A stretch of DNA of 64,000 nucleotides from Candidatus Poribacteria bacterium (GTDB lineage: Bacteria > Poribacteria > WGA-4E > WGA-3G), in NCBI GenBank assembly GCA_965242965.1, contig OZ251518.1, positions 5,597,972 through 5,661,971 of the forward strand, read 5' to 3'. This document shows positions 29,154 to 38,899 of the stretch, one piece after another (position 1 is the stretch's first letter; every line of letters begins with the position of its first letter). The notes under the pieces were generated by a model, which had not been told where the DNA came from, did no database searches, and saw only the letters and a list, made by a program, of their open reading frames with translations. A program made the position numbers and the translations under genes.

Positions 29154-29210
29154 TAAGACAGTGTTTAATTTTCGATCGTTTTTTACATCAATTTAGAGGA
29201 GATAAAACAA

Positions 29211-29369
29211 ATGAGAATCCTATTCTCTACCATTTTCGCGGGCATTGCTGTCCGCTTGAAACCTACCGTCACCGCGTTATTGCAGCACCCGCTGCAAGTT
29301 TTCCGCGCGCATGCGCTCTCCGGTGACGCATCCACCCTGAAAAGCCCCCCCTTCATCAACACACGTTAA
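29211..29369 (+). CDS. 52-aa leader ORF containing a C7 tract
   Basis: GAGGAG RBS. MRILFSTIFAGIAVRLKPTVTALLQHPLQVFRAHALSGDASTLKSPPFINTR. First ORF after the strong promoter. Confidence 0.55.
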   Translation: MRILFSTIFAGIAVRLKPTVTALLQHPLQVFRAHALSGDASTLKSPPFINTR

Positions 29370-29443
29370 CCCCTGCGCGTTGCAGGATAGCGGCGCACGG
29401 CGGTACGGACAGATTATTATCTACCAAGTTTAAGGAGACCGGC

Positions 29444-30697
29444 ATGACCTTTTTGAACAGAACGTTAACGTTATTTTTGACCCTGCTGTTGCTCTGCTGC
29501 TGGAGTTGTGGAGACCCGCCCAACTCCGTCATGGAGATGGTGCTACCCGATAAAGACATGCCCGCCGCAGAAGAACCACCCGCCGTCACCATGGCAGATG
29601 TCAAAACGACACCTGTCGAGGAAGGGACAGCCGCCGAAGAGCAACCGCCCGCAGACGAACCACCGGTGACGATAGAGACAGAAACGGAGGCAGAGATAGA
29701 ACCGCCGCCATCTGTCGAACCGGAACTGCCAGACCTCGGGCTCGCCGCAGAAATGGATGCAATCATGGCATCCGAAGGACAAGTGCACTCCCCCATTCCT
29801 GATGAGATTTACGAACAACTCTGGGGAAACTGGACAAAAGCAGGCTCGCTCGCACCGCGCAAATTCTACAAAAAGTTCATTGACGCAGACGGCATCGCCA
29901 TTGTCGGAAGCGAAAATGTCGATAACATGTTCTTTCAAATGGCGAGACACATCGTCCTCGTCATGACATCGAAAGTGCCAGGGCTCCGCGAAGCACTCTC
30001 CGCTAATCAGCCCGGCGGCATTAGCGGCGATGATGCACCGTTCCGACTCGTCCTTACAAACCGGGATGCACGAGACGTTATCAACATGCCTGAGAATCTT
30101 GAATTCAGACTCAAGTCCGACGACTGGTTAGCCATCATCCTCGGCACATTTGACGGCTCTCTCGCCCGCGCCGATGTCTACTTCTGGGGAAATAATGAGA
30201 ACCTTGCAGGGCACAAGACTATCATGCATGAGATGGCACACGCAATTGAATCGGCTATTTACGCCCGCAACCTCGTGCCGAACTTCTACGAACGCCTCGG
30301 CACCGCATGGGAACGGGAAGCCGAGAAAATCGAACGCCGATGGGAAGTCGACGGAAACCCATATCTGCCGTATACAGATGCCGATGGAAACATCATAGGC
30401 GCAGAAGACCTGCCCGAATGGGAGGACAGACCGAATTATTGCTACGCAAACGGCAATTCGCACGACAGTGCCTCCGAATTCTGGGCACAGTACGTCTCAC
30501 TGTCATGGTTTGATTTCACGTTTAGCCCGACGAGACTTAGGAATCCGGACTATAAACCGTTAGAAATTCGCCGCGAACGCTGCCCGAACCTCGTCGGCAT
30601 CACCGAAGAAATCTTTCCAAAGTTTTCACTCCACTTCGCCGTCGAGACACACGGCTACGAAACCGAAGACGGACGCATCATACGCCACTATTGGTAA
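29444..30697 (+). CDS. Putative lipoprotein with acidic Pro/Glu linker and HExxH zinc-peptidase-like domain
   Basis: AAGGAG RBS, signal ending LLCCWSC, Pro/Glu-rich stalk, HEMAH motif and a later SEFWA. Confidence 0.7.
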   Translation: MTFLNRTLTLFLTLLLLCCWSCGDPPNSVMEMVLPDKDMPAAEEPPAVTMADVKTTPVEEGTAAEEQPPADEPPVTIETETEAEIEPPPSVEPELPDLGLAAEMDAIMASEGQVHSPIPDEIYEQLWGNWTKAGSLAPRKFYKKFIDADGIAIVGSENVDNMFFQMARHIVLVMTSKVPGLREALSANQPGGISGDDAPFRLVLTNRDARDVINMPENLEFRLKSDDWLAIILGTFDGSLARADVYFWGNNENLAGHKTIMHEMAHAIESAIYARNLVPNFYERLGTAWEREAEKIERRWEVDGNPYLPYTDADGNIIGAEDLPEWEDRPNYCYANGNSHDSASEFWAQYVSLSWFDFTFSPTRLRNPDYKPLEIRRERCPNLVGITEEIFPKFSLHFAVETHGYETEDGRIIRHYW

Positions 30698-30829
30698 ACG
30701 AAGAGTATTAGGAAAAGCCAATGGACAATCTAGAACTGCACGAAAATCTCAACGCGCAACCCGAGAAGTTGCAAGAACTCTTGGAAACGCCGCGCCTCTG
30801 CCAGCTCCTCAATCCGAGTGCCTAAAGTT

Positions 30830-31790
30830 ACCGTAGCGCGGGGGCCTGGCCCCCGCGCTTTTTCGTCCTCTCCCGTAGCGCGGGGGCCTGTCCCCGCGAG
30901 CGTGCTCATGCCCCGGATCTGTAGTTCGGGAGCACCCGCTCCCGAACGGATCAAGAGCAGGTGCTCTTGTCCTACAGAGATACACCGCCGCAGAGCTTTC
31001 CAAGATGAACGGCATTTGTCTCCTCCAAGGTCCTTTAGGACCTTAATGTCTATAGTATACGCAGATCGCCAAGTCCTCAAGGTCCTTTAGGACCTTAATG
31101 TTTTCCGTATCTGCGGTGCGTGTGCTGCCTATTAAGGACCTAAAGGACCTTAGTGTTCTTCTCGTCCGGGGTTTCTATAGACATGCAGGTCCTAACGGAC
31201 CTGAAGAGGTGTCGTTTCACCGTAGGGCGAGGGCCTGTCCCTCGCCGTGCCTCGATCGGAACGGGAAATGGCCTTGGTCGGCGTGCGATTTTTGCGCAGG
31301 TCGAACGATCGCGGGGGACAGGCCCCCGCGCTACGGTATGCAAGGCCGTCTCCTTTTACCGTAGGGCGAGGGCCTGTCCCTCGCCATGCCTCGATCGAGG
31401 AGGGAAACGGCGTTGGTTGGCGTGCGTTTTTCGCGTAGGTCGAACGATCGCGGGGGACAGGCCCCCGCGCTACGGTATGCAAGGCCGTCTCCGTTTCACC
31501 GTAGGGCGAGGGCCTGTCCCTCGCCGTGCCTCGATCGGAACGGGAAATGGCCTTTGTCGGCGCGGTTTTCGCGCGGGTCGGGCGCTCGCGGGGGACAGGC
31601 CCCCGCGCTACGGTGAAACGGAGACGGTCTCGCGCTTGATCCGTTCGGGATCAGGCGATCCCGAACTACAGTCTCCTGCTCCAATCCTGCTAATCGTGAT
31701 AATCCTGCAAATCCTGCTCCACTCTGGCCCCAGACTCTGGGGCACGCGGGAGAAAGCGGAGGACAGGCCCCCGCGCCGGGGGGTTGGGTT
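30830..31790. repeat. Large REP array including three ~140-nt tandem REP doublets
   Basis: GTAG REP starts at 31222, 31361 and 31501, each paired with an inverted GCGGGGGACAGGCCCCCGCGCTAC. Also AGGTCCTTTAGGACC hairpins at 31028-31202. Confidence 0.9.
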
Positions 31791-31956
31791 CTGTATGGCA
31801 AAAAAAATCTGCTAGCAAAGAAAACAGCAATGTGATATACTGATTCATGTCAGGAAACTTCATCGGGTATCTCCTAAAATGTTTTTGGTTCTTCGTGCTA
31901 GGATACCCCATCTCCTGACATTTTACAACCATTTATGAAACACCCTCAGGTTATAT

Positions 31957-34614
31957 ATGAAATACGATTTTACCGAGATTGCGCGGCTGCCTGCATCAGG
32001 AGATAACGTCGCTATCGCAACGCAGCGGTTAGAAGCCGGCACCCAGATTCACTACAACGGCGACTCGTTTCGCCTATCGCACACGATTTTAGAGGGGCAT
32101 CGCTTCGCCATTGAGCCAGTTGCGGCAGAGGCACCGCTGTTGTCCTGGGGTTTGCCGTTCGGGTTCGCCTCAAGCACGATTGCACCCGGCGATTACGTCT
32201 GCAACCAGAAGATGATTCAAGCGTTGACGATTCGGAACCTTGATTTCGCGCTGCCTGCAAGTCCCAACTTTCGCGATGTCATCGCACCTTACGCCTTGGA
32301 TGAGACAAACTTCCGCGCAGGAAATCAGGTGACGCGTTACGAACACCAACGGACTTTCCGCGGCTATCGGCGGCCAGGGAAGCGCGGTGTCGGCACGCGG
32401 AACTACATCGTCGTGATGGGCACAACGGCGCGCACCGCCAGTTTCGCACGGTGTCTCGCCGATGAATTTGACAGCGTTGCAGATGCTTACCCAAACATTG
32501 ACGGTATCGTCGCCGTTGCGCACACCGAAGGCGGCGAGAGTCAAGAACCGAACAATCTGGAGATGCTCCTCCGAACCCTCGCCGGTTTCATGGTGCATCC
32601 GAACATCGGCGCGATGCTGCTCGTCGATTACGGCACAAGCCCTGTCACGAATGAGATGCTGGCGGACTACATGGCGCGCGAAGGATACGGACCGGACACT
32701 GTCCTTCACCACTTCTTTCAGTTGCAGGGAAGTTTTGACAGGGATTTAGTGCGTGGCACTGAAATTCTTAACGGCTGGCTTGAGAAAGTCAACGCCGTTG
32801 AACGGACAGAGCAACCGTTGGAGAATCTCAAAATTGCGTTGCAATGCGGTGGTTCGGATGCATTTTCGGGGGTGTCTGGCAACCCCCTCGCTGCTTACGT
32901 CGCGAAGGAAGTTATCCGTTACGGCGGATGTGCCAACCTCGCGGAGACAGATGAACTTATCGGCGCGGAAGCGTATGTGCTGCAGAATATTCGCGATGTG
33001 CCGACAGCGCGCAAATTCCTCAAGACAATTGCGGATTTCAAGGAACGCGCGGGGTGGCACGGACATTCAGCAGAAGGCAACCCATCGGGCGGCAACAATT
33101 TCCGCGGGCTCTATAACATCGCCATCAAATCCATCGGCGCGGCGATGAAACGGCACCCTGATGTCTGCCTAGATTATGTCATCAACTACAGCGAGTTGAT
33201 GAAAAAGCCGGGCTACTATTTCATGGATAGCCCCGGCAACGATTTGGAGAGCATCGCTGGGCAGGTGGCATCCGGTTCTAACATGATTTTCTTCGTGACA
33301 GGCAACGGCTCGATCACTAACTTCCCCTTCGTGCCGACGATTAAGATTGTGACGACGACGGAACGATACGAGATGTTGTCAAACGATATGGATGTGAACG
33401 CCGGCGCATACCTCGATGGCACGCCCATGGATAAACTGGGGGAGGCGATGCTGAATCTTACCGTAGATGTCGCATCTGGCACGCGCTCCGTGGGCGAAAA
33501 AGCAGGGCATTCGCAAGTCTCGCTGTGGCGCGATTGGAAGCAAACGGGGCCCGCGGATTTGACACCGGCACTGGAAGCATCCGCATTGAAATCGGGTGAG
33601 CCGGTCGCGATGGAGAAAGCAGACGATGAAACTGAACCCATCGGAAAAGAGACGTTCCGCGCCTTCCAAACCGAAGAAGGATACCGAACCGAACAGCTCG
33701 GGCTCATCCTGCCGACAAGCCTCTGCTCCGGACAAATTGCACAGATGATAGCGCATCGTTGCAACAAGAAAGGCATCGGTAAGGAGAAGGGTATCTCCCG
33801 GTTTGTGGCACTGCCGCATACTGAAGGATGCGGTGTATCCAGCGGCCGTTCAGAGGAAATTTACATCCGCACGATGATAGGGCATCTCACGCATCCGTCT
33901 GTTGCGCTCGGTTTACTCTTGGAGCACGGATGCGAGAAAACTCACAATGACCAGGTTCGGCACGCCATCCAGCAACTCGGCATCTCACCTGAACGATACG
34001 GGTGGGCGAGTGTGCAACTTGATGGCGGTATTGACGCTGTCATTGCGAAGGTGCAAGAATGGTTTGAGGAGACGCTCAGCGGAAGACAGGAGGTGCCTGT
34101 CGTTGACACTGAATTAGCGCGCCTCTGCATCGGTGTGATGTCAATCGGCGAATGCCCGGACGGTTTGGCGGCACTCACACGCACGATTGTCTATGCCGGC
34201 GGCACCGTTGTCGTGCCAGAAAACGCGACGTTTCTCCCCGCGATGCACGCACCGAACCCGACATTGGCGTATGGGCAAGCCGTTGAAAAATCGGGGTTGC
34301 ACATCATGGAAACGCCGACGGACCAGCCAACAGAGACGTTGACAGGCTTGGCCGCGACCGGCGTTGCGCTGACGCTAGCGCATGTCGTCGGCGCGCCGCT
34401 CCAATCGCATCAGATGGTGCCGTTGATTCAGGTATCCACCGATGCTATCACGCGGGATAAGTATGGCGACGACATGGATTTGGATACCGATGATGTCGCG
34501 GCGATGCTGGCGTGCATTTTGGAGGTGGCTTCGCGTCGGTATACGCCGAAACTACACGGAAAGGGGAATACAGATTTCCAATTGACGCGCGGGTTGTTGG
34601 GAATTTCAATGTAG
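31957..34614 (+). CDS. UxaA/GarD-family sugar-acid dehydratase with duplicated catalytic region
   Basis: SAF domain (DNVAIA), GVGTRNYI, QCGGSDAFSG.SGNP, GNPSGGN, and a second HTEGCG/HGCE block. Confidence 0.88.
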   Translation: MKYDFTEIARLPASGDNVAIATQRLEAGTQIHYNGDSFRLSHTILEGHRFAIEPVAAEAPLLSWGLPFGFASSTIAPGDYVCNQKMIQALTIRNLDFALPASPNFRDVIAPYALDETNFRAGNQVTRYEHQRTFRGYRRPGKRGVGTRNYIVVMGTTARTASFARCLADEFDSVADAYPNIDGIVAVAHTEGGESQEPNNLEMLLRTLAGFMVHPNIGAMLLVDYGTSPVTNEMLADYMAREGYGPDTVLHHFFQLQGSFDRDLVRGTEILNGWLEKVNAVERTEQPLENLKIALQCGGSDAFSGVSGNPLAAYVAKEVIRYGGCANLAETDELIGAEAYVLQNIRDVPTARKFLKTIADFKERAGWHGHSAEGNPSGGNNFRGLYNIAIKSIGAAMKRHPDVCLDYVINYSELMKKPGYYFMDSPGNDLESIAGQVASGSNMIFFVTGNGSITNFPFVPTIKIVTTTERYEMLSNDMDVNAGAYLDGTPMDKLGEAMLNLTVDVASGTRSVGEKAGHSQVSLWRDWKQTGPADLTPALEASALKSGEPVAMEKADDETEPIGKETFRAFQTEEGYRTEQLGLILPTSLCSGQIAQMIAHRCNKKGIGKEKGISRFVALPHTEGCGVSSGRSEEIYIRTMIGHLTHPSVALGLLLEHGCEKTHNDQVRHAIQQLGISPERYGWASVQLDGGIDAVIAKVQEWFEETLSGRQEVPVVDTELARLCIGVMSIGECPDGLAALTRTIVYAGGTVVVPENATFLPAMHAPNPTLAYGQAVEKSGLHIMETPTDQPTETLTGLAATGVALTLAHVVGAPLQSHQMVPLIQVSTDAITRDKYGDDMDLDTDDVAAMLACILEVASRRYTPKLHGKGNTDFQLTRGLLGISM

Positions 34615-34647
34615 TAACGGGCGGATAGAGGCATCCGCCCTTACACT

Positions 34648-35709
34648 TTACAACGGCAGCGCAATAGGCGCGCCAATTTCGGAGGAGCGATACGTCGCCT
34701 CCGCCAATTCAATCCCATCGCGCCCGATGCTACCGTGCGTTGTCGGTTCTTCCTCGCCGGCGATGCAGCGGAGCCAGTGGTGGATGCTCGCGCCCTTGGC
34801 GGCGACGCTCCAATAGCGTTGTTCGCGCTGCGCCGCCGGCATGTTGCGATAGGTATCGTCGTCGGGCACCGGCGCGGTGAACTCTTCGGCTGAGGGCATA
34901 TCGTGCGTTTTCCAGCGGAGGCCGTGCCGGATGAACGTGGCCGAACCTTTACTTGCGACAAGCCCGTTCCCACCGTGTCCGATTTCCGCCGCCCAACTTT
35001 TCATCATCATCCCCACACCGCCGTTTTTGAAGTGCACGGTGAGGACAGCATTGTTTTCTACTGCCGCTTCCGGTGCGGGGTAGGTGCCGCCGAGTGGGAC
35101 ATGACTGGTAACGCCGTAGACAGAAGTAACGGGGCCGTATAGCCACAGCCAGATATCAAGGTGATGAATGGCTTGCTCCACGAGCATGCCGCCGGATTCT
35201 GCCTTGACGAAAAGCCACGGGTGCCGTTCCGGAGAAAACCAGCCGACTTGGTTGGAATACGCCATCTGTAAGGGGCCAAGCGTGCCATCGTCCAGCAATT
35301 CTTTCAGTTTTTGATGGCCCGGGTCAAAGCGCATCATGTATGCCACCATGAGGAGGACATCGGCATCCGCCGCGGCGGCTACCATTTCATCTCCCTCAGC
35401 GACGGTGCAGCACATCGGCTTCTCCATGAGGATATGTTTGCCAGAGGCAGCGGTAGCCAGCGTGATGTCGCGGTGAGGGCGCGGGTGGACGCACACGTCA
35501 ACCGCGTCAATGTCGTTTCTATCAAGGAGCGCGCGGTAATCGGTGTAGGCATCCGCACCGAAGCGTTCGGCTTGTTCGGTGGCGGATGTTTCGTTGATAT
35601 CAGCGATGGCGACGATGTCGCCGCACCGTGTCGGTTCTTGGTAATACGGGGCGTGGAGGTTTCGGAAGATACCGCCGCATCCAATGATGCCGATTCTGAG
35701 TTTGTTCAT
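34648..35709 (-). CDS. Gfo/Idh/MocA oxidoreductase
   Basis: IGIIGCGGI, GKHILMEKP and SGGMLVEQAIHHLD motifs. Confidence 0.92.
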   Translation of the reverse strand: MNKLRIGIIGCGGIFRNLHAPYYQEPTRCGDIVAIADINETSATEQAERFGADAYTDYRALLDRNDIDAVDVCVHPRPHRDITLATAASGKHILMEKPMCCTVAEGDEMVAAAADADVLLMVAYMMRFDPGHQKLKELLDDGTLGPLQMAYSNQVGWFSPERHPWLFVKAESGGMLVEQAIHHLDIWLWLYGPVTSVYGVTSHVPLGGTYPAPEAAVENNAVLTVHFKNGGVGMMMKSWAAEIGHGGNGLVASKGSATFIRHGLRWKTHDMPSAEEFTAPVPDDDTYRNMPAAQREQRYWSVAAKGASIHHWLRCIAGEEEPTTHGSIGRDGIELAEATYRSSEIGAPIALPL

Positions 35710-35802
35710 GATGTCTCCTATTTTTAGGGATTGCGAGGGACAGGTCATTGTTCACCAGCGCGCTACGGGCTCATAAAACCTGTTCCGCGCCGCGCGCCTA
35801 TC

Positions 35803-36657
35803 TTATCCGAGAAATCGCATGGGACAGGTTCTCGCGCTACGGGCTACATGCCGACTTTTTTTGCGTAGGATAGGCAGTGGTTCTTCATCCGCTAATAGCG
35901 CGAGTGCCTCAGCGATGATCTCGTGTTGCAGTGCCGGATTGTTCGGTTCGCCGAGGGAGTTCCCAAAGGTATAAGGCACGAGCAGGGCGCGAGGCGGTTT
36001 CACTCGCCGCGCAATGCTTTCCACAAGTGTGATTGAGACGGTGGAGATGCCGACTGCTTCAACGGCGCGTTGGACCAGAGCCACGGTCTGGTTGCACATC
36101 GGTCAGTTCGGTATCAGGAAGACAACATCAACCCTGTCTGCTTTGAGCAGTTGTGCGACTTCAGGCGCGGTTTCGTTGATGAGCGGACGCGGTTCCACAA
36201 TGGAGGTGCCGAAACTGAAGTGTCGGTAGTTGAGGCATCCAATTGTGCCATCGCGTTCCAATTCGCGGAACCTGTCAATCGGAAAAACGAGGTTGATATC
36301 GGTTTCCGGAGCATCTTTATCGTAACCGTATGGCTGCGCGGCAGCGGCGATGCTTTGCGTATCAAGAGTGTTCGGGATTTCACGATAGGAACAATCCCCA
36401 CCCTTCGTGGGATTATCAAAAGGCGGCTGCCCCTCAAGCTGGACCCCGGCACTCCCGATCAGCGCGACGCGACACTCGTTGAGCGGCAGGCGCAGCGGCG
36501 CGTGCGGCGATGTCTTATACCGCCGAAAGCGATAAAGGCGTATAAAGAGATTATATGGAAGAATCAGTTCGTTGAAAGATGCGATGGGTTTTCCTCGCCT
36601 TTTGTAAGATAAAAGATTTAGCGGTTGGCGAAATCGGGACATCAATGCTGCGTTCAT
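35803..36657 (-). CDS. Selenoprotein of the glycine/sarcosine/betaine/D-proline reductase B (GrdB/PrdB-like) family; UGA at 36105-36103 read as Sec
   Basis: Two ORFs lie in the same frame joined by a single TGA, giving DVVFLIPN-U-PMCNQTVAL (UxxC). D.N.VFPIDR and KPPRAL family motifs. SECIS-like hairpin present. Confidence 0.85.
36075..36091 (-). promoter_or_regulatory. Bacterial SECIS-like hairpin
   Basis: CCAGA-CCGTGGC-TCTGG (17 nt, apical GU) begins 11 nt after the in-frame UGA. Confidence 0.65.
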
Positions 36658-36902
36658 CGTTATCCTTCTTACCATCTCTAAAATCGTCGCACTGTCATAA
36701 GCACTGTCATAATCAATAGGATACATTATCCCCACAAATTTGTCAAGGACAAAAGGACATTCGCCTTGAAGTCCACTTTCAGATAGTTTACCCTAATTCC
36801 TCATCAAATGTCATTTTTTTTGCTATCTGAGTCAGAATTTGACAGAAAAGCATTTTTACGGTATAATTAATGTGGAATTATGCAGGACCTTGGAGGAAAA
36901 CT

Positions 36903-37613
36903 ATGTCGACAACGAATTTGAAACAACGGATTCGCAATGGAGAGCATGTCTACGGGGTTGCCGTATCAATGACGACTTCGCGCGACGCGCTCGCCGCTCG
37001 GGTTGAGGCCGGCGGCTACGATTTTGTCGCTGTTGATAGCCAACATTCGGCGTTCAGTGAAGAACAGCTTGTCGCATTCTGCAATGTGGCAGATGAACTT
37101 GATATCCCGGTTAACTTTCGGATCAAACATACCCGGAACGCTTACCTCATCGGGAACTACCTCGACCTGGGGCCCTCCGGTATTGAAGTGCCGCAGATAG
37201 AACTCGATGCGACGGTGGACGAGGCAGTTGCGGCTTTTTACTATCCGCAGCAGGGGATTCGCAGTTGGGGTGGCGGTGCGCGCAGAAATTCTGCGGGCCG
37301 CGAACGACTTGAATACGCCGAGTGGTGGAACAATTACGGCGTGCTTTGGCTGCAAATCGAATCCATTGAGGCGGTAACGCATGCCCGTCAACTCGCCAAA
37401 TCTGGCGTGGATTGCCTATCCTTCGGGCCCGCGGATTTGACGTTCAGCATCGAAAGCCATCCACATCACGCTCTCCAAACGGTGGATGCCTGCGTCCAAT
37501 ATGTCGCGAAGGCGTTGGAGGGGAGCCCTACCACTGTCTGCTTCAGAAACGGCAGCCCGAGCACCCGTCAAAAGTATGCAGACATGGGTGTCACCGTGTT
37601 TTTAGAATACTAG
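36903..37613 (+). CDS. HpcH/HpaI aldolase family protein
   Basis: GYDFVAVDSQH, YPQQGIRSWG, QIESIEAV and FGPADL. A consensus-like promoter lies upstream. Confidence 0.88.
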   Translation: MSTTNLKQRIRNGEHVYGVAVSMTTSRDALAARVEAGGYDFVAVDSQHSAFSEEQLVAFCNVADELDIPVNFRIKHTRNAYLIGNYLDLGPSGIEVPQIELDATVDEAVAAFYYPQQGIRSWGGGARRNSAGRERLEYAEWWNNYGVLWLQIESIEAVTHARQLAKSGVDCLSFGPADLTFSIESHPHHALQTVDACVQYVAKALEGSPTTVCFRNGSPSTRQKYADMGVTVFLEY

Positions 37614-37614
37614 C

Positions 37615-38889
37615 ATGAACTACGCACTCATCAGCACGGTTACAGCGGTGGATGACCGGGGGAAACTGCGGGCAGGCGCGCGTCAGTTGGCAAAGATGGC
37701 GCACAGACACGGCATCCCGATAACATGGGCAGTGACACCGGCGGCTGCCCGAACTTTGGCGAAGGACATCACCGCCTGGCACACCGAATTTGGCGATGAA
37801 CCGTTGCTCATGGTGGACATCAAGTCGCTATGGGATGCAAATTGGGAAAAAGTAACGCAAGGCACGCTCTCAGACGTAGCGCGAGGGCCTAGGACGAGCA
37901 TCCGCGATTTTTCCACCGGCACAGACACCGCATCCCTCGCCGAACATCTCGTGCAAATGCGGGAAAATTTGCCGCCGTTTATTACTGCAGAGTGGGGCAA
38001 ACTGGCGCGGGCGATGCCGTGGGCGGTGCCTGTCGCTGCAGGCGCGGACTGGAAACATCACGTCCTCCTTCACGCCCTGGCAAAAACCGGGTTTCAGTGC
38101 CTATGGGGATACCATATCGGCGATGCTGGGACCGATAGCGGCGCGCCTTTCGGATGCTTCTATCCATCGGCGGAACAGCATAATTTCAGTGCCGCGTCGG
38201 CAGGTGAGGCAGGTGAGATAGTCGGGGTGCCGTATCAATCCACGCCGATAGAAACTCTCCGCACCGCGCTTTTGAACGATACGCAGGTGCAGAACATCAA
38301 TGTCTACTTGGAGAATTGCGCGTGGAACCGGTGCCTCAACTACGTGGAACACATTGACGCGCTAGAAGTTGCAGAACTCGGAGAAGAAACGCAGAAACGG
38401 TTGGATGCCTATTTTGCGCATGTCGCTAGCACGGAAATGATGAAAGCGGTGCCGCTCTCTGAAATTGCTCGCGAATACCGGGAGAATTGCCAACGGACTG
38501 AGCCTACCTGTCTGTATACCGCGGCAGAGAAATCGTTGCTTTACTACGATGCCGAGTGTCAACTCACCTTTACCGAGGGCACGATGGAACCGGTGGATAT
38601 GAAAAACTACGTCGCGCCATCTGCAGAAACAAGTGACGGCACGGTGTATCATTTACCGAAGGTAACGCAGATGCTACCGAGTCGGCGACGTTCGGAATTG
38701 CACATCGCTTTAACGCTGGAATCGACGAAGGCGATGCCCTACGGCGTGACGCTCTGGGGAGACCACGGTGGGTTGCGTCTTGCCAAGTCAAACGCCGAAT
38801 CGGTAACGTGGATAGGCGAGCATCTGCTGTTCGCGCGCCTTGCATTGCAACCAGGAAATAACGAATTTGAAATTATCTTAACGATTTGA
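37615..38889 (+). CDS. Hypothetical protein
   Basis: 424-aa ORF within an operon, with typical codon usage. HGIPITWA is weakly reminiscent of deacetylase/GH barrel folds. Confidence 0.7.
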   Translation: MNYALISTVTAVDDRGKLRAGARQLAKMAHRHGIPITWAVTPAAARTLAKDITAWHTEFGDEPLLMVDIKSLWDANWEKVTQGTLSDVARGPRTSIRDFSTGTDTASLAEHLVQMRENLPPFITAEWGKLARAMPWAVPVAAGADWKHHVLLHALAKTGFQCLWGYHIGDAGTDSGAPFGCFYPSAEQHNFSAASAGEAGEIVGVPYQSTPIETLRTALLNDTQVQNINVYLENCAWNRCLNYVEHIDALEVAELGEETQKRLDAYFAHVASTEMMKAVPLSEIAREYRENCQRTEPTCLYTAAEKSLLYYDAECQLTFTEGTMEPVDMKNYVAPSAETSDGTVYHLPKVTQMLPSRRRSELHIALTLESTKAMPYGVTLWGDHGGLRLAKSNAESVTWIGEHLLFARLALQPGNNEFEIILTI

Positions 38890-38899
38890 GAGGACAAAA

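Noticed and set aside
30721-30825. 34-aa ORF MDNLELHENLNAQPEKLQELLETPRLCQLLNPSA after the lipoprotein gene
   Set aside because: Too short and without a recognisable motif. It may be a remnant truncated by the REP array, but this cannot be supported.
31215-31620. Possible CRISPR array (~140-nt period)
   Set aside because: Whole units, including the would-be spacers, are duplicated and contain inverted REP pairs. This is a BIME-like tandem.
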